A DNA stretch of 64,000 nt. It comes from Squalus acanthias. Taxonomy: Eukaryota. Shown here piece after piece: positions 40,898 to 51,928 of the stretch. Each line of letters opens with the position of its first letter. Position 1 is the stretch's first letter. Both the position numbers and the translations under genes were made by a program. The notes under the pieces are model-generated. The model ran no database searches, was not told the origin of the DNA, and saw nothing but the letters and a program-made list of their open reading frames with translations. The DNA lies in NCBI GenBank assembly GCA_030390025.1, contig CM059433.1, forward strand, positions 15,254,001 through 15,318,000, written 5' to 3'.

Positions 40898-41590
40898 TGT
40901 AAGACGTGTGCAAATCGCCCCTCGCCTCGTCGAACAGTTTCAAAAGTTCAGACTCGCCGAACAGACAGCACAAAACCCAATGAACCTGTGAAAAACTTTT
41001 TGATTACAAGTAAGCATCCGACAGTTATGTAGCGTATAATAATTCCCAATTATACCTCAGCACACACAGAGCTATCCCTTTACTTTAAGCTCAAGCGAAA
41101 CACCACATACGTCCTAACACCAGCGAGTGGTCAATCCGGCAGTGACTAGACGTATGATTTCTGGCAACTGACCAGGTCGCCCCCGACTGCAGCAGCGAGT
41201 TGTCAATTTACAGCATCTTTTAAACCCCAAAACTTGGCAACCCTCCCACTGCATACGTGTCCCTAACTATACGGCATTAGTTGGTTTTCAGTTACTCTTA
41301 TCAATAGTCCGTTAAGCATCCTTGGGCTTCAAGGCCAGTTACATTCCATAGTCTGAAGATGTTTCTGTTTTTGCACTGATTCCACAGCTCAATAGTCTGT
41401 TCCCACAGAACTTTCAAAGTCTGTTTTCCATATCTGTTGAAAGACAATTGGCAGCTTTCACAGCTTACAACCGTAACATCTCAGCAACCAGTCTCTTGGC
41501 CTCACGAAGCATGATGGTACATAAAAAGTGGTCAACTTTTAAGTTTAGTCAAGTTACAGCAAAAGTTATAGCAAATCGTGTGTTCTTACA
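40898..41590 (-). repeat. 3' LTR of the provirus (693 bp)
   Basis: TG...CA termini; matches 53190-53334 plus 58571-59133. Confidence 0.95.
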
Positions 41591-41601
41591 GTCCACCCTT
41601 C
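41591..41601 (-). promoter_or_regulatory. Polypurine tract
   Basis: Minus strand GAAGGGTGGAC directly precedes TGTAAG of the 3' LTR. Confidence 0.75.
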
Positions 41602-41807
41602 AAGTGACTGTGCACCCGAGTCTTTGGGTCACAGGCACTTACAACCTGTAGGCGTCATCATTGTCTTCTTCCTTTGGCGTCTTCTGCAACAGCTTAACCC
41701 ACTCTTGTTGCTTGCGTCTCCTGTTGACTCGGCAAGTTATCATTAGTAAGTATAACACAATCACCAATTGAACAATGACCAGAACGTGGGAGATAACTCT
41801 TATCCAC

Positions 41808-42606
41808 TTTAAGATTTGGATCACAGGTCACACTCAAACTACCCAGAGGGTCTTAGGAGTTGTAAAGCTTTTTATTAGGGAGCTACAGTTTAAGCACAAT
41901 CAGATACTGCATGGGATTGAAATAGATACAGTAGACATACAACCCGTGACAGATGAGGGCAATCTACGGCTCTGGATTGGAACGAAACGACCGGACGGAT
42001 GGACAGATGGTGAGGCAGTACGGTGGTCTCGGATTGGGTGGAGTCCTGCAGTCTGCGGCAGCGGTCACTTCCGTTGGGTCGTCCCTCGAGCTGTTGGAGG
42101 TGTTAGGCCGTCAGCCAGCATTGATCCACCTCCGAGGCTAAACTTGACCAAGGTGTTAGGCCGTAGCCGCCTTGGGGAAGCCTTTGCCCCTTGCTGTGTG
42201 TTTTCCTTTCTCGGTCACCCATTTTTATACCTTATTTCGATGGGCTGGTGGATACCTGGTGTCAGTCATTTTTACCCATCTCATTGTCCAATTACAAGGG
42301 AGAGGCTACCTATGACAGCCCCCTCCCAGCCTCATGAGGTCATTTTCCTCCTTATCTCTGTTCTAAAAGTCTTGTTGCCCTCTTGTAGACAACTTGTTTA
42401 TCCTACAGCTCCTTGCTGCTTCCCTTATCAGGCCTAGCTATGCCCACTCGAAGGCCTGTTTTTGTGTTCTGACCTCGTAATTCAGCTCTCTGTACAATTA
42501 TTTTTCTGACATGACTGGAATCTTTCTGTGTCATCAACTTAGGCAAACTGCTGAGCTAGGGAACCCATAACAGCCTATTATTTCTTCCTATCCACGATTT
42601 CTTACA
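41808..42606 (-). mobile_element. Solo LTR of a second family inserted into env
   Basis: Termini T(T)TAAGA...TCTTACA; 4-bp TSD CCAC/CCAT; minus-strand TATAAAA (~42222-29) upstream of AATAAA (~41872-77). Removing it restores env ...VHPW-IRVISH. Confidence 0.8.
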
Positions 42607-43311
42607 CCATGGATGAACTTAAGTACTCATACCGATATCCCACCATGACGAATCATCCCCAACCTCAGATCACTTTACGCAGTTCACGATTTTTCAGGGC
42701 CAAGGTATGACAGTGCTTTTGGGACTGACTAACGTGTTTCATTTACTCTACCAAGTGTTCTGGCAGAGGTGGAATGTCATAACCGAATCGAGACGCATAC
42801 TGGTGTAATTGCTCTTTTAGCTCATCTTCTACAGCGATATCTACTTGCCTATGCCAATAAATGCTTAACAAAATCCACGCCCCAAGTCTCACAGGTTGGA
42901 CTTGGGTAAAACAAAAAGTTCCCGCTGCAATAGGACAAGCCAGGTTGTTACCGTACTGGTATTCCCCGGTGTATGGTGGTGACACAATATTCACCCTTCC
43001 CTCGATACGCAGATCATACGGGGAAATGCTGTCCCGCAATCACTTCCATGGTGCAGTTCCATTCTATCCCATCCCAATCAAACCCACACGCAGGGGCTGC
43101 ATGTTCTACCATGTCATAAGGGCGGATGAATGTGTCCCGAGCTTGCACGCACCCGGCAAGATCTGGGGCCACCCATGTGGTCCCATCCACTCGGGTCGTG
43201 TACTTCGGGGTTTCGTCATAACTAATTAAGTGATCTCCCTGACGTACTCCAATGTTCTCCACACGGAACAGAGGGTTTGGGGTTGCCTTTTCGGGCAGGA
43301 TAGGTTAATAC

Positions 43312-43695
43312 AACAACAGAAAACGCTGGAAAAACTCAGCAGGCCAGGCAACATCCGTGGAGAGAGAAACAGAGTTAACGTTTCAGGTCGAAGACCCTTC
43401 GTCAGAACTGAGAAAAAAGCAGGAAATGAAGCAGATAAAAAAGCAAGGGGGAGGCTGGGGGGAGGAATAAAAGAACAAAAGGGGTGGTCTATGGTAAGTA
43501 GAGGCATTAAGAGATGCTCAAGGCAAGACGAGATGGTAATAGGACAGGTTAAGAAACAAAAGGTGGCGCAGAAGTGTGAAGTGTGAAATGCTGGCAGAAT
43601 GAGAGACAGCTGCTGTGGGGGGAGAGAGAGAAAAAAAAGGGAAAAGGCACAAACCAAAAGGGTGGATAAAATGTATAATATATATAAATATACAC
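43312..43695 (-). mobile_element. Penelope-derived repeat inserted into env, with a hammerhead-like motif
   Basis: Same family as 39980 and 61406; flanked by AATAC/AATAC. Removing it restores env LLGMV-LTYPA. Confidence 0.75.
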
Positions 43696-45434
43696 AATAC
43701 CATTCCTAACAGGGATGTTCTGTTCCTGCAAATGGCATTCATGTTTCACCGGGTACACCTGTACCAACCCCCTGACTTTACACATATTCATGGTAAATTG
43801 GTAAGTGGACATTGCCCTCAGGTGTCGACCAGTCACCCACGAGGGTAGCTTCCCTCAGCAATGCTCTGCAGGCTTGTTCCACTAACCAAGATCCATACAT
43901 TACACAAATACCATTTCGCACGGCCTCACTGGAGGCATTTCGATTCTCCTTTAAAATTTGATTTATCTTTTTAGCATGGGATTCTAAATACTTAACCACA
44001 TCCTGCAGATGAATGGTCATAATATGGTCCTCCTTCAATCCCTCTTGTTCCAGTCCATTCATTTTATTCAAAATTTCCCTTAGATGATTTCTAACTGCCT
44101 TTACGGATTGAACCAGGCTAGCCAAATCAAGGTTATTAACAAGGGATGTTCCAGAATTAAAAACAGTTGCTGCATCATTTATCAGACCCCGTCACCTTCT
44201 GATATGGTCCCCTTTAATCCCGTAACCGACACCATTTTCTTCAATGATCTCGGTACTATTTTCCCCAAAGTTATTGTGAAATCCATTACCCTCCTTAGGG
44301 CCCGTGCGATATAACGGCTCTAATTCTGATTCCGCCAGTGTTGTGCTGGCCCTTTCCCAAAATCCCTTTATTAATTCCCACATCATCCTCCCATATAACC
44401 GCGCTGTCTCTGGCTTGTGACAGTTCGGTAGTCCCACCTCAGTCAGATTCAATATTACCGGCACCACCTCGTGATGCACATCACGGTACAATATCATCCG
44501 AGTTGGGATCACCACTAACCCATTTGTCGGTCCCGGGGTGTGTTTAGGGCAAGTGACCTGGGTTGTATGTTGTCCTTCCCGTGATTGTGTTTTATTCATA
44601 GGGGGAGGGGTTTTTGGTCGAACTTTTAATCCTACTGCATGTATAACCGCACTTTCGTCACCATATCTCCTTACGTGTTAGGTGCTAATACCGGTATCGT
44701 TGATATACCATTGATAGAGTTCTTTGGCTCTATTGTGGGCAAACATCGTACAACTGGTCACATCCCTTTCAATCATGGACAAGCCGACTGGAATCTATCT
44801 GTCACCCCACTTGGGCTTACAGATCTGTAAATTCCCTCATGAATTTTCCACCATCGGGGCCAACATAACAGAGTGTCTCCCGCTGCTCGGGATTGGGTCG
44901 GGCTTGCCTACATTCCTCCGAGGGTTCCCTACCTGATAATACCTTGAATGGTCACGTGGTTCTGCTTGTAAGAACCATGCCCTTGGCCCGGTGGGGCGAT
45001 CTTTGCATTTTATGCATACCCCCCCTACCTTCCTGGACCTCATACGTGGTAACCCATACTGTCTCCGAACACAATCGGTTTCACAATCACCCTTGATGTA
45101 CTGGAGGGTAATGTTTCGAGTGGCACCTAGGGGTGGTGCCTCTGGGGCCACTGCAATCGAACTATTAGAGGGAAAATTGTTAGTGGTTGTCCAGCATGCC
45201 GAATAGGCTGATGAGGAATCTTCGAGATAGAGCAGAATCCCAATCATTGGCCAGAATAATTCCTTCATTTTATATATCTTCTTGCCTGTGGGGATAAGGG
45301 ACAAAAACAGAGTGTTTCTGCTGGCCTTGTACCCTATGTTCACCCATTAGTTCAGGCTCTCAATACTGATGCTTTTTTAAAAATAAAACGGGGCTTCCTA
45401 CTTTTCTTTTTCTGCATTGGGTAATTTTCGACTC

Positions 45435-45716
45435 CTACCACTGACGATAATTCAAGGGTGTCTTTTTATTTCTTTTCCTACGCCGCCGTGGGGTAGGAGG
45501 GGTCTGTTGGACTTGTCTGCGGACAGGAGGTGGTTCCGGACCTGGGGGCGAGGAGGTTTCTATAGCTCCCATGTCCTGTACACCTTCATTTGGAGCATAC
45601 CGTACCTGTGGAGGCGCCACTTCAGGCAAGGGCACCTCATTGGGTGGGGGTGTCCCATTAGGCACCCCTTCTTCACCAGCCCACTGGAGAGGATAAATCC
45701 GGCTCACCGTGCTCAT
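45435..45716 (-). CDS. Putative Pro-rich, Arg/Lys-rich accessory ORF between pol and env (93 aa)
   Basis: ATG-initiated open frame starting just after the integrase stop; contains PRRRRKRNKK. Confidence 0.4.
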   Translation of the reverse strand: MSTVSRIYPLQWAGEEGVPNGTPPPNEVPLPEVAPPQVRYAPNEGVQDMGAIETSSPPGPEPPPVRRQVQQTPPTPRRRRKRNKKTPLNYRQW

Positions 45717-45744
45717 TATCCTGGCTTGCTGTCTTCTGGACCTG

Positions 45745-46500
45745 CTAGTGGGCTGAAAAAAGCTTCATCTGGTTAATATGAAACCATTTAATTTTCTTAG
45801 GTAACTGAATCACATACACCATGGGACTAGCCTTATCAACAATGTTGTAGAGGGGTTCAAAGACTCCCACCCTCGCATAGTTTCGTACCATTACCTGGCT
45901 CCCTACTTCCCATTCCTGGGGTTTACATGGGACCAAATGTAGTCGATTGTGTCGGTGTGCCCTCCCAATGTTGTGGGCGGCCCTCAGGTGTACCTCCTTT
46001 AAAGTTTCCCAGAGGTCGCTCAGGAATTTGTTCCGAGTCACCTCCTTAATTTGTTTATCAGTCAGAGTGGGGACCAACAGGTGTGTGGGGGTTAGCATGG
46101 GTCTCCCCGTTACCAATTCATGAGGGGAGTGACCCGTTCCTTTGGATCTGTTACTACGTATCCCTTTAAGGATTAGGTGAAGTCCCTCATCCCACTTAGT
46201 GTGCTGTTCGTTTAATTCCTTTCACAGGGCCAACTTCAACGTACGGTTCATTCTTTCCACAATCCCCGATGATTGTGGGTTGTGGGTCACATGCCATTTC
46301 CCTTCCTTCCAAAGCAATTTCAGAGTGGCTTGCATTACCTGAGCTGTAAAATGACTTCCCTGGTCTGACTCTACCGCGCGAGGAAGTCCCCATCTGGAGA
46401 ATACCTCCCTAACTAGGGTCTTGGCCATCCATGAGGCTGTGGCAGACTTGCACGGGAAGACTTCTACCCACCTGGTAATCTTGCACCATCAACACTCATC
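45745..46500 (-). pseudogene. pol: Retroviral-type integrase (catalytic core and C-terminal domain)
   Basis: TRWVEVFP...SRWGLPRAVESDQGSHFT...NPQSSGIVERMNRTLK...TGHSPHELVTGRPM...KWFHINQMK, with internal stops. The N-terminal zinc finger is not recognisable. Confidence 0.92.
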
Positions 46501-48421
46501 TGGCCCCCTGCTTAAAAGGAAAAACAGAAAATTCCATTGTGGCTTTCCGGCCAGCCCAATGGGTTAATTTGCCAATTCCTGATTCCCTTCTGTCAATGTG
46601 GGGAAATATTCACTTAAAATTAAGAAACTTAAATTTAATAATGTCCATTATCTTTAAATTTCATTCAGCAATAAAAAGTTGTTGTGTGGTGAATTTTTAA
46701 AAATCCAGTTGTCAGCGGAATAGGTTAACTCCTTTGCAGGGTTCTAAGAAGGTGGAGCAAATTGTCAGACGCACGCAATTGTGTCACTTAACGTAAATTT
46801 AAAAAAAACTTTCCCGATCGAAAAAGACAGTTGGGTTTTCACAATTTTATAGGTTAGTTAACTTTTTTCCCAAAAGAAGACAAACACAAACATCGTCAAT
46901 CAATCAATGTCAGCTTGTCGCTGCTTTCAAGTAAATTTAAAACAAAGTCTTTGTGCCTTTAAAATCTTTGTTAAGATCCTGATCAATTTAATTCAGCAGG
47001 TGAAAACATCAGACATCATAAACATTCTGTGAAACAACTGCACACACAATAATAGCATTTCCCTTTTTTCCCGCTTGGTCACACATACTTGAAATAGGTC
47101 AGAAATTTAAAAAATACCAATTATTGATGTGATTGCCTCATGTCCGGAACTAGAGGCTTTCACACAATTTACACCAACCAGAATTTCACTGTGGCCGCAA
47201 TAATAGTCTGGTTTAAATATGTTAATTAACATCAATAACGCCAATTTAATTCAGACCAATATCTGAAACTAACCAGTCCCACCAGAAAGCAAAAGAGGGA
47301 GGAGCTGCCCTCAGCTTGTAGCTTCGAAACATCCATACAAGTTTTTTCAAGACATCACTACACTGAAAGTAGAAAAGGGACAGAATCTTTCCTTTCCTCC
47401 TGTCTTTATTTCACCACAGGCTACTGGTCAAAAACTTAGGAAGTGGGCGTCTCGGACTTGCAGTAACCAAATTAAGAAGACAGTGGTTTGTAAACATTCA
47501 AATTGATTTAAAAATAAAATCAAACAATAGCAATTTTTGTAATCCAATTAAAACAAAGTACTTTCAAAAAGTCCAGAATCATTTTCTACCAGACACGATC
47601 AGAAACCATGGCAACCGTAACTTCAAGGCTGAAGGTTATCTTTTGTAAAACAAACTGCCTGTGATTTATAGTTTGCTGTACAAGCTGTCCCAGTCAAAAT
47701 ATATCCACAGCAGTGACTCTAACTTAAAAATGCAAATCACAAAGTTTCTCCCACTTCTAGGTGCACAATCTTCAATTGAAATGAACATATTTAACACATC
47801 CACACTCTCGTAAAACCTCCGCCATCTAAGACAAGACTACAAGGGGTTAAACGGCTTTAGCTCCATGCACAGAAAAGTGGGTGGAGCTAAAACAAACAGA
47901 ACAGACACTTTAGGGGGCGATTTTGCCGGCGCTCAGAGGGCGGGTTTGGAGGCAGGTCAGGTGGTAAAATTGCAAATAATGACGGCGGGTTCCGATCCTG
48001 CCGTCAACCTGCCTCCGTGCAACTTTGCCAAAGGCGGGTTCCCAGACTCCCGATTGGTCCCGCCACCTTAAGGCAGTTAACTGCTTGTTAGCTGTCTGGA
48101 TAATGCCATTTTGACAGCCCTTTTGGATTTTGCCAGTTTTTCTGCGTGTTCCACGCCATTCCCAAACCACGCCAGCTGATTGTGCCGGGTTCACAAGTGG
48201 CTGCCTTCTTGACAGCTGCAGCTCCAGCATAAAAACGGAGCTCTCAACAAGGATCAGTGGCAGGTGGCAGAACTTTGTTTTTTCAGGTCTTGGAAAACTT
48301 TTTGCAGGTCTACTGATCTTGGAAGTGGTGAAGCTGCGTTCCATCTCCATTGTGACCTCCTGGAAAAACCCTCTCTCCACATTGACTGAGCGCTTCCTCA
48401 ACTGAGATATCTACCAGCAGC

Positions 48422-49654
48422 ATGGGAACCATTTATTTCCTTTCATCCTGGTCCTCAGATTCGGAGGACGAGCAGCCGCGGCAGCAGCAGAACCAGGCAC
48501 AACAGCAGCACCAACAGCAGGAGCGCCAACCTGCTGCTCAGCCACCTGATGCTGCACAGGGCAGAGGGCATCAGCGCAGGGCTGCACCGCGCCGCAGGAG
48601 ATACCCCCAACACAGGGTTTGCAGGCTGAGGATGACCTTCCTCAACATGACTGAGCAGCAGTGCCAAAGGAGGCTGAGACTTTAGCGAGAGGTAGTCGCT
48701 GACATCTGCACAATGCTGCACCGACACCTGGAGCCCAGAGGAGCAGGTGGACACCCCTTACCAGTGGCTGTCAAAGTCACCACTGCCCTCAATTTTTTTG
48801 CTTCAGGGTCCTTCCAGGGCTCATCAGCAGACATCAGCGGCATCTCCCAGTCGGCCGCACACACTTGCATCACGCAGGTAACCGATGCCCTCTTTGCAAA
48901 GGCGCACAATTACATACACTTCTCCATGGATCCAGCAAGTGTAACCGTACGTGTGGTTGGCTTTGCAAATATGGCAGGCTTGCCAAGGGTGCAGGGCGTC
49001 GTAGACTGCACACATGTGGCCCTTAGGGCACCCCATCACAACCCAGCTGTTTTTGTCAACCGCAAGGGCTTCCACTCCCTTAACGTGCAGCTGGTGTGTA
49101 ACCACAGGAAGGAAATTTTGCATGTTTGCGCGAAGTGCCCTGGCAGTTGTCATGACTCGTTCATCCTGCGGCAGTCTAGTGTGCCTCCGCTCTTCAATCC
49201 GCCAACACAACTTTCCGGATGGCTACTTGGAGACAAGGGTTATCCCCTGAAGATGTGGCTGATCGCGCCGTTGAGGAGGCCATCAAACGAAGCTGAGGAG
49301 CGCTGCAATGCCAGCCACATTTTGACCAGATCCATCACCGAGCAAACCATCAGCTTGCTGAAGATGCAATTCAGATGCCTTGACAGATCAGGTGGAGCCC
49401 TACATTACTCAGCATCCAAGGTCTCCAGAATCATCATGATCTGCTGTGCACTGCACAACATCGCACAGCATCGTGGCTTGCAGCTGCCTGAGGAACAAGT
49501 GGCTCAGCGCATAGCCTCCTCAGATGAGGAGGAGGAGGAGGAGGAGGAGGAGGAAGAAGAGCTTGTGGATACGGATGAGCCAGCTGCAGCAGCACGTGAG
49601 CACATTGCTGCCCGTGATGCAAGGGATGCACTAATCTTTGCCAGATTCGCTTAG
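48422..49654 (+). pseudogene. Harbinger (HARBI1-like) DDE transposase with a single premature stop at 48683-85
   Basis: ORFs 48422-48685 and 48713-49654 are in frame. Motifs [46 protein letters not shown] and a poly-E tail. Confidence 0.95.
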
Positions 49655-49919
49655 GTAGACATATCAAACACATGTGGCTGGCACCTTCTTATCACACCAT
49701 AGACAATGGACAAGAACCTGTGGGTTCCTATCACTCCAACCACCAACATTACAAATGCAATTTGCCCTGAGCCCTCAATGTGCAACTTCCATTTCCCAGA
49801 TCACATAGGCCAGAACTTCAACTGTTTGCCATCACTTCTGTTTAATCAATGCACAAAAGGATGACAATGGCAAAAATTAAAGACAACACAACAGAACATC
49901 CAAGTGACTACCCTTGTGA

Positions 49920-51928
49920 TTAATTGTGCTTTATCTTCCTCTTACACAGGCTTCTACGTGGTGCTTCCCCTGTGGCTTCAACAGATGTGGAAGCACATTG
50001 CTCACTTTCATGCTGCTCCTGCTTCGACACCTTTGGCGGGTGTCCTCTGGGTTTGCGAGCCTGTGAGGGCTCGGCAACAGTCTGCTCCTCCTGCATCTGT
50101 GCAGGGGCTGAGACGCCCATCTCAGTTGGATGAGGACTCTGGTGGGGCTCTGACCGAGGGCTACTCAGTGGCATGGAAGTGTGAGCACTTGGAGAGGAGC
50201 CCACACTTCCTTGTTGCCTGCCACCAACATCCCTCTCATGGGTCAGCCCCACTTCAGTGCTAGCAAGTAGCTGGACAGCACCTTGCTGCACATTAGGGGG
50301 GCCATGAGGACCCATATCTGCACTGGCTGTCCTACTCAAAAGGACTTCCATGAAGCTCTGGTTTCTCTGCTCAATAGTTGCCCATCGCTCCTCCAGAGAT
50401 GTCAGTCTATTCTGAACATTCACCATGTTTTCCAGACTCTGGCGACTTATTTCCTCCATGGCCATAGCCATCCTCTCCTCTACCGTTGCCAACCTTTCCA
50501 GAGAGGTAGCCATCCTTACCACAGAGGTTGCCATCCTTTCCATGGAGGTTGCCATCCTTTCCGTGGTGGTGCGTTCATGCGCCATTGCCTCCACAAAGGC
50601 ACTGCTCATGTTAGAGTTGGACTCCTCCATCCTCTCCACACTCGCAGTAACCCTGGAGACAAAACCTGCCAGAGACTCCTGCACTTGTCCCTGGAGTTCC
50701 AGCACCACTCTCCTTCTGGATGGACCCGGAGGCACAGGGTCGACAGGCAGCTGAGCAGAGCTGGGTGTGCCCTGCGGCCTCTGACGAGGACTCTCCACTG
50801 CTGTCCCTGTCTCCACTATCTGCTGATGCTCACTTGTGAGCTGTGATACACCAACTGACAACACTACTCTATGTCGCGAAGGTCCCACCGAGGTGTGCGC
50901 ATCTGCGCTGGTGCTGGGTGCGCTTAATTCTGCTGAGGCTGCGCCCTCAGAGGTTGCAGGTTCCTCTGAGGTGTCTTCTGGCTCAGGCTGTTCCTCCTGG
51001 ACAGTGGAGAGGGGGGCTGTCGATGGTCCTGTGGGGGAGTAAAGGCATGAGTTAGACATGTGATATTAACGTAGCATGCGCATGGAATTGTGCAGATGAT
51101 CATAAGTCAATCTGTATGAGCATCAGATGCCATATCAGTCACTTATGCAATGTAAATGAGAGAGATGCAAATCTATTCTGTCACCAGCTTGCTCTGTTGC
51201 GCCCGTCTGACCGACCCCACTTCCAGATCCTCATCGCCTCCAATGATCTCCAGGGCCACCTCCTTCACGTTGGTGAGATGGGCTATGGAAGGTGGCCCTC
51301 CTCCTGTCTTAGCCCTCTCGTTCTTATTGTGGGCTCTCTTTTCCTGCAATGAGGAACACAAGTGAAGCTTGAGGGAGAATGATGGAGTGAGTGTAGAGAA
51401 TCCATAGCATAGATGCTTAGAAGGAGACAAAGATGGAGTGAAGTGCCAATACCAAGGGCCCTCCCTGTGCGTTGTTAGTTGTTGTCATAGCATCACAGTG
51501 ATAGCGAGTGTGAGGGCAGCATAGTCGAATATCGAAGTGATTGTGTACATAGAGAGAGAGAGGGATGGTTAAGGGTGCAAGGGATGTAAGGGAAAAGAGG
51601 GATGTGCAGGAGTAGGTTGACAATGCAGAGTGCTGGTGATGAGAGGAGATGGGGAGCAGACTGAGGCCAAGTGTGATGTGAGACTCACTTTTCCTAAGTG
51701 GACCAGGTCATTGAACCTTTTTCTGCACTGCACCCAGGTTCGAGTGCACATGGATCTGGAGCTCACCTCCTGAGCAATTTGCAGCCAGACTGCTTTTGTT
51801 TGCTGTGGTGGCTTCTTCCACCCAGAGGATGGGAACAGGACCTCCTTGCGCCCTCTGACTCCCTCTACAAGAGCATGGAGGGAGTCATCGTCAAATCTGG
51901 GAGAGGCCTTGGACCTTGAGGTAGTCAT
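49920..51928 (-). CDS. Harbinger Myb/SANT-like (trihelix) DNA-binding protein, 3 exons (~51689-51928, ~51185-51343, 49920-51028)
   Basis: PRFDDDSL...W..IA.EV..RS...RTWVQCRKRFNDL; GTGAGT donor and ...TTGCAG / ...CCACAG acceptors; KTGGGPP; coiled-coil and basic C-terminus. The exon 2 donor phase does not fit, so the gene may be damaged. Confidence 0.8.

Larger units (their letters stand above)
41639..45268 (-). pseudogene. env: Envelope/fusion glycoprotein (~800 aa after removing two insertions), F-like class I fusion protein
   Basis: Signal-peptide-like MKELFWPMIGILLYLEDSSSA (ATG 45268). ORFs 44837-45343, 44192-44599 and 43778-44125 share one frame. Furin-like RR*R/GLINDAATVFNSGTSLVNNLDL, then heptads, a Cys-rich domain (APDLAGC...CGF...NC...YCVTT), TM WIRVISHVLVIVQLVIVLYLLMITC and an RRRK tail ending just before the PPT. 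Confidence 0.85.

Noticed and set aside
34300..40991. Many 60-190 aa ORFs and CpG-island-like promoters
   Set aside because: They fall in GC-rich MITE interiors or LINE fragments; overlapping frames with no protein motifs.
41775..42437. 220-aa plus-strand ORF as an antisense viral gene
   Set aside because: Lies almost wholly within the inserted solo LTR; no recognisable motif.
48422..49654. Domesticated host gene HARBI1 (with NAIF1/MSANTD for the Myb ORF)
   Set aside because: Lies between TIRs, convergent with a Myb gene, inside a provirus, and has a premature stop: a transposon copy.
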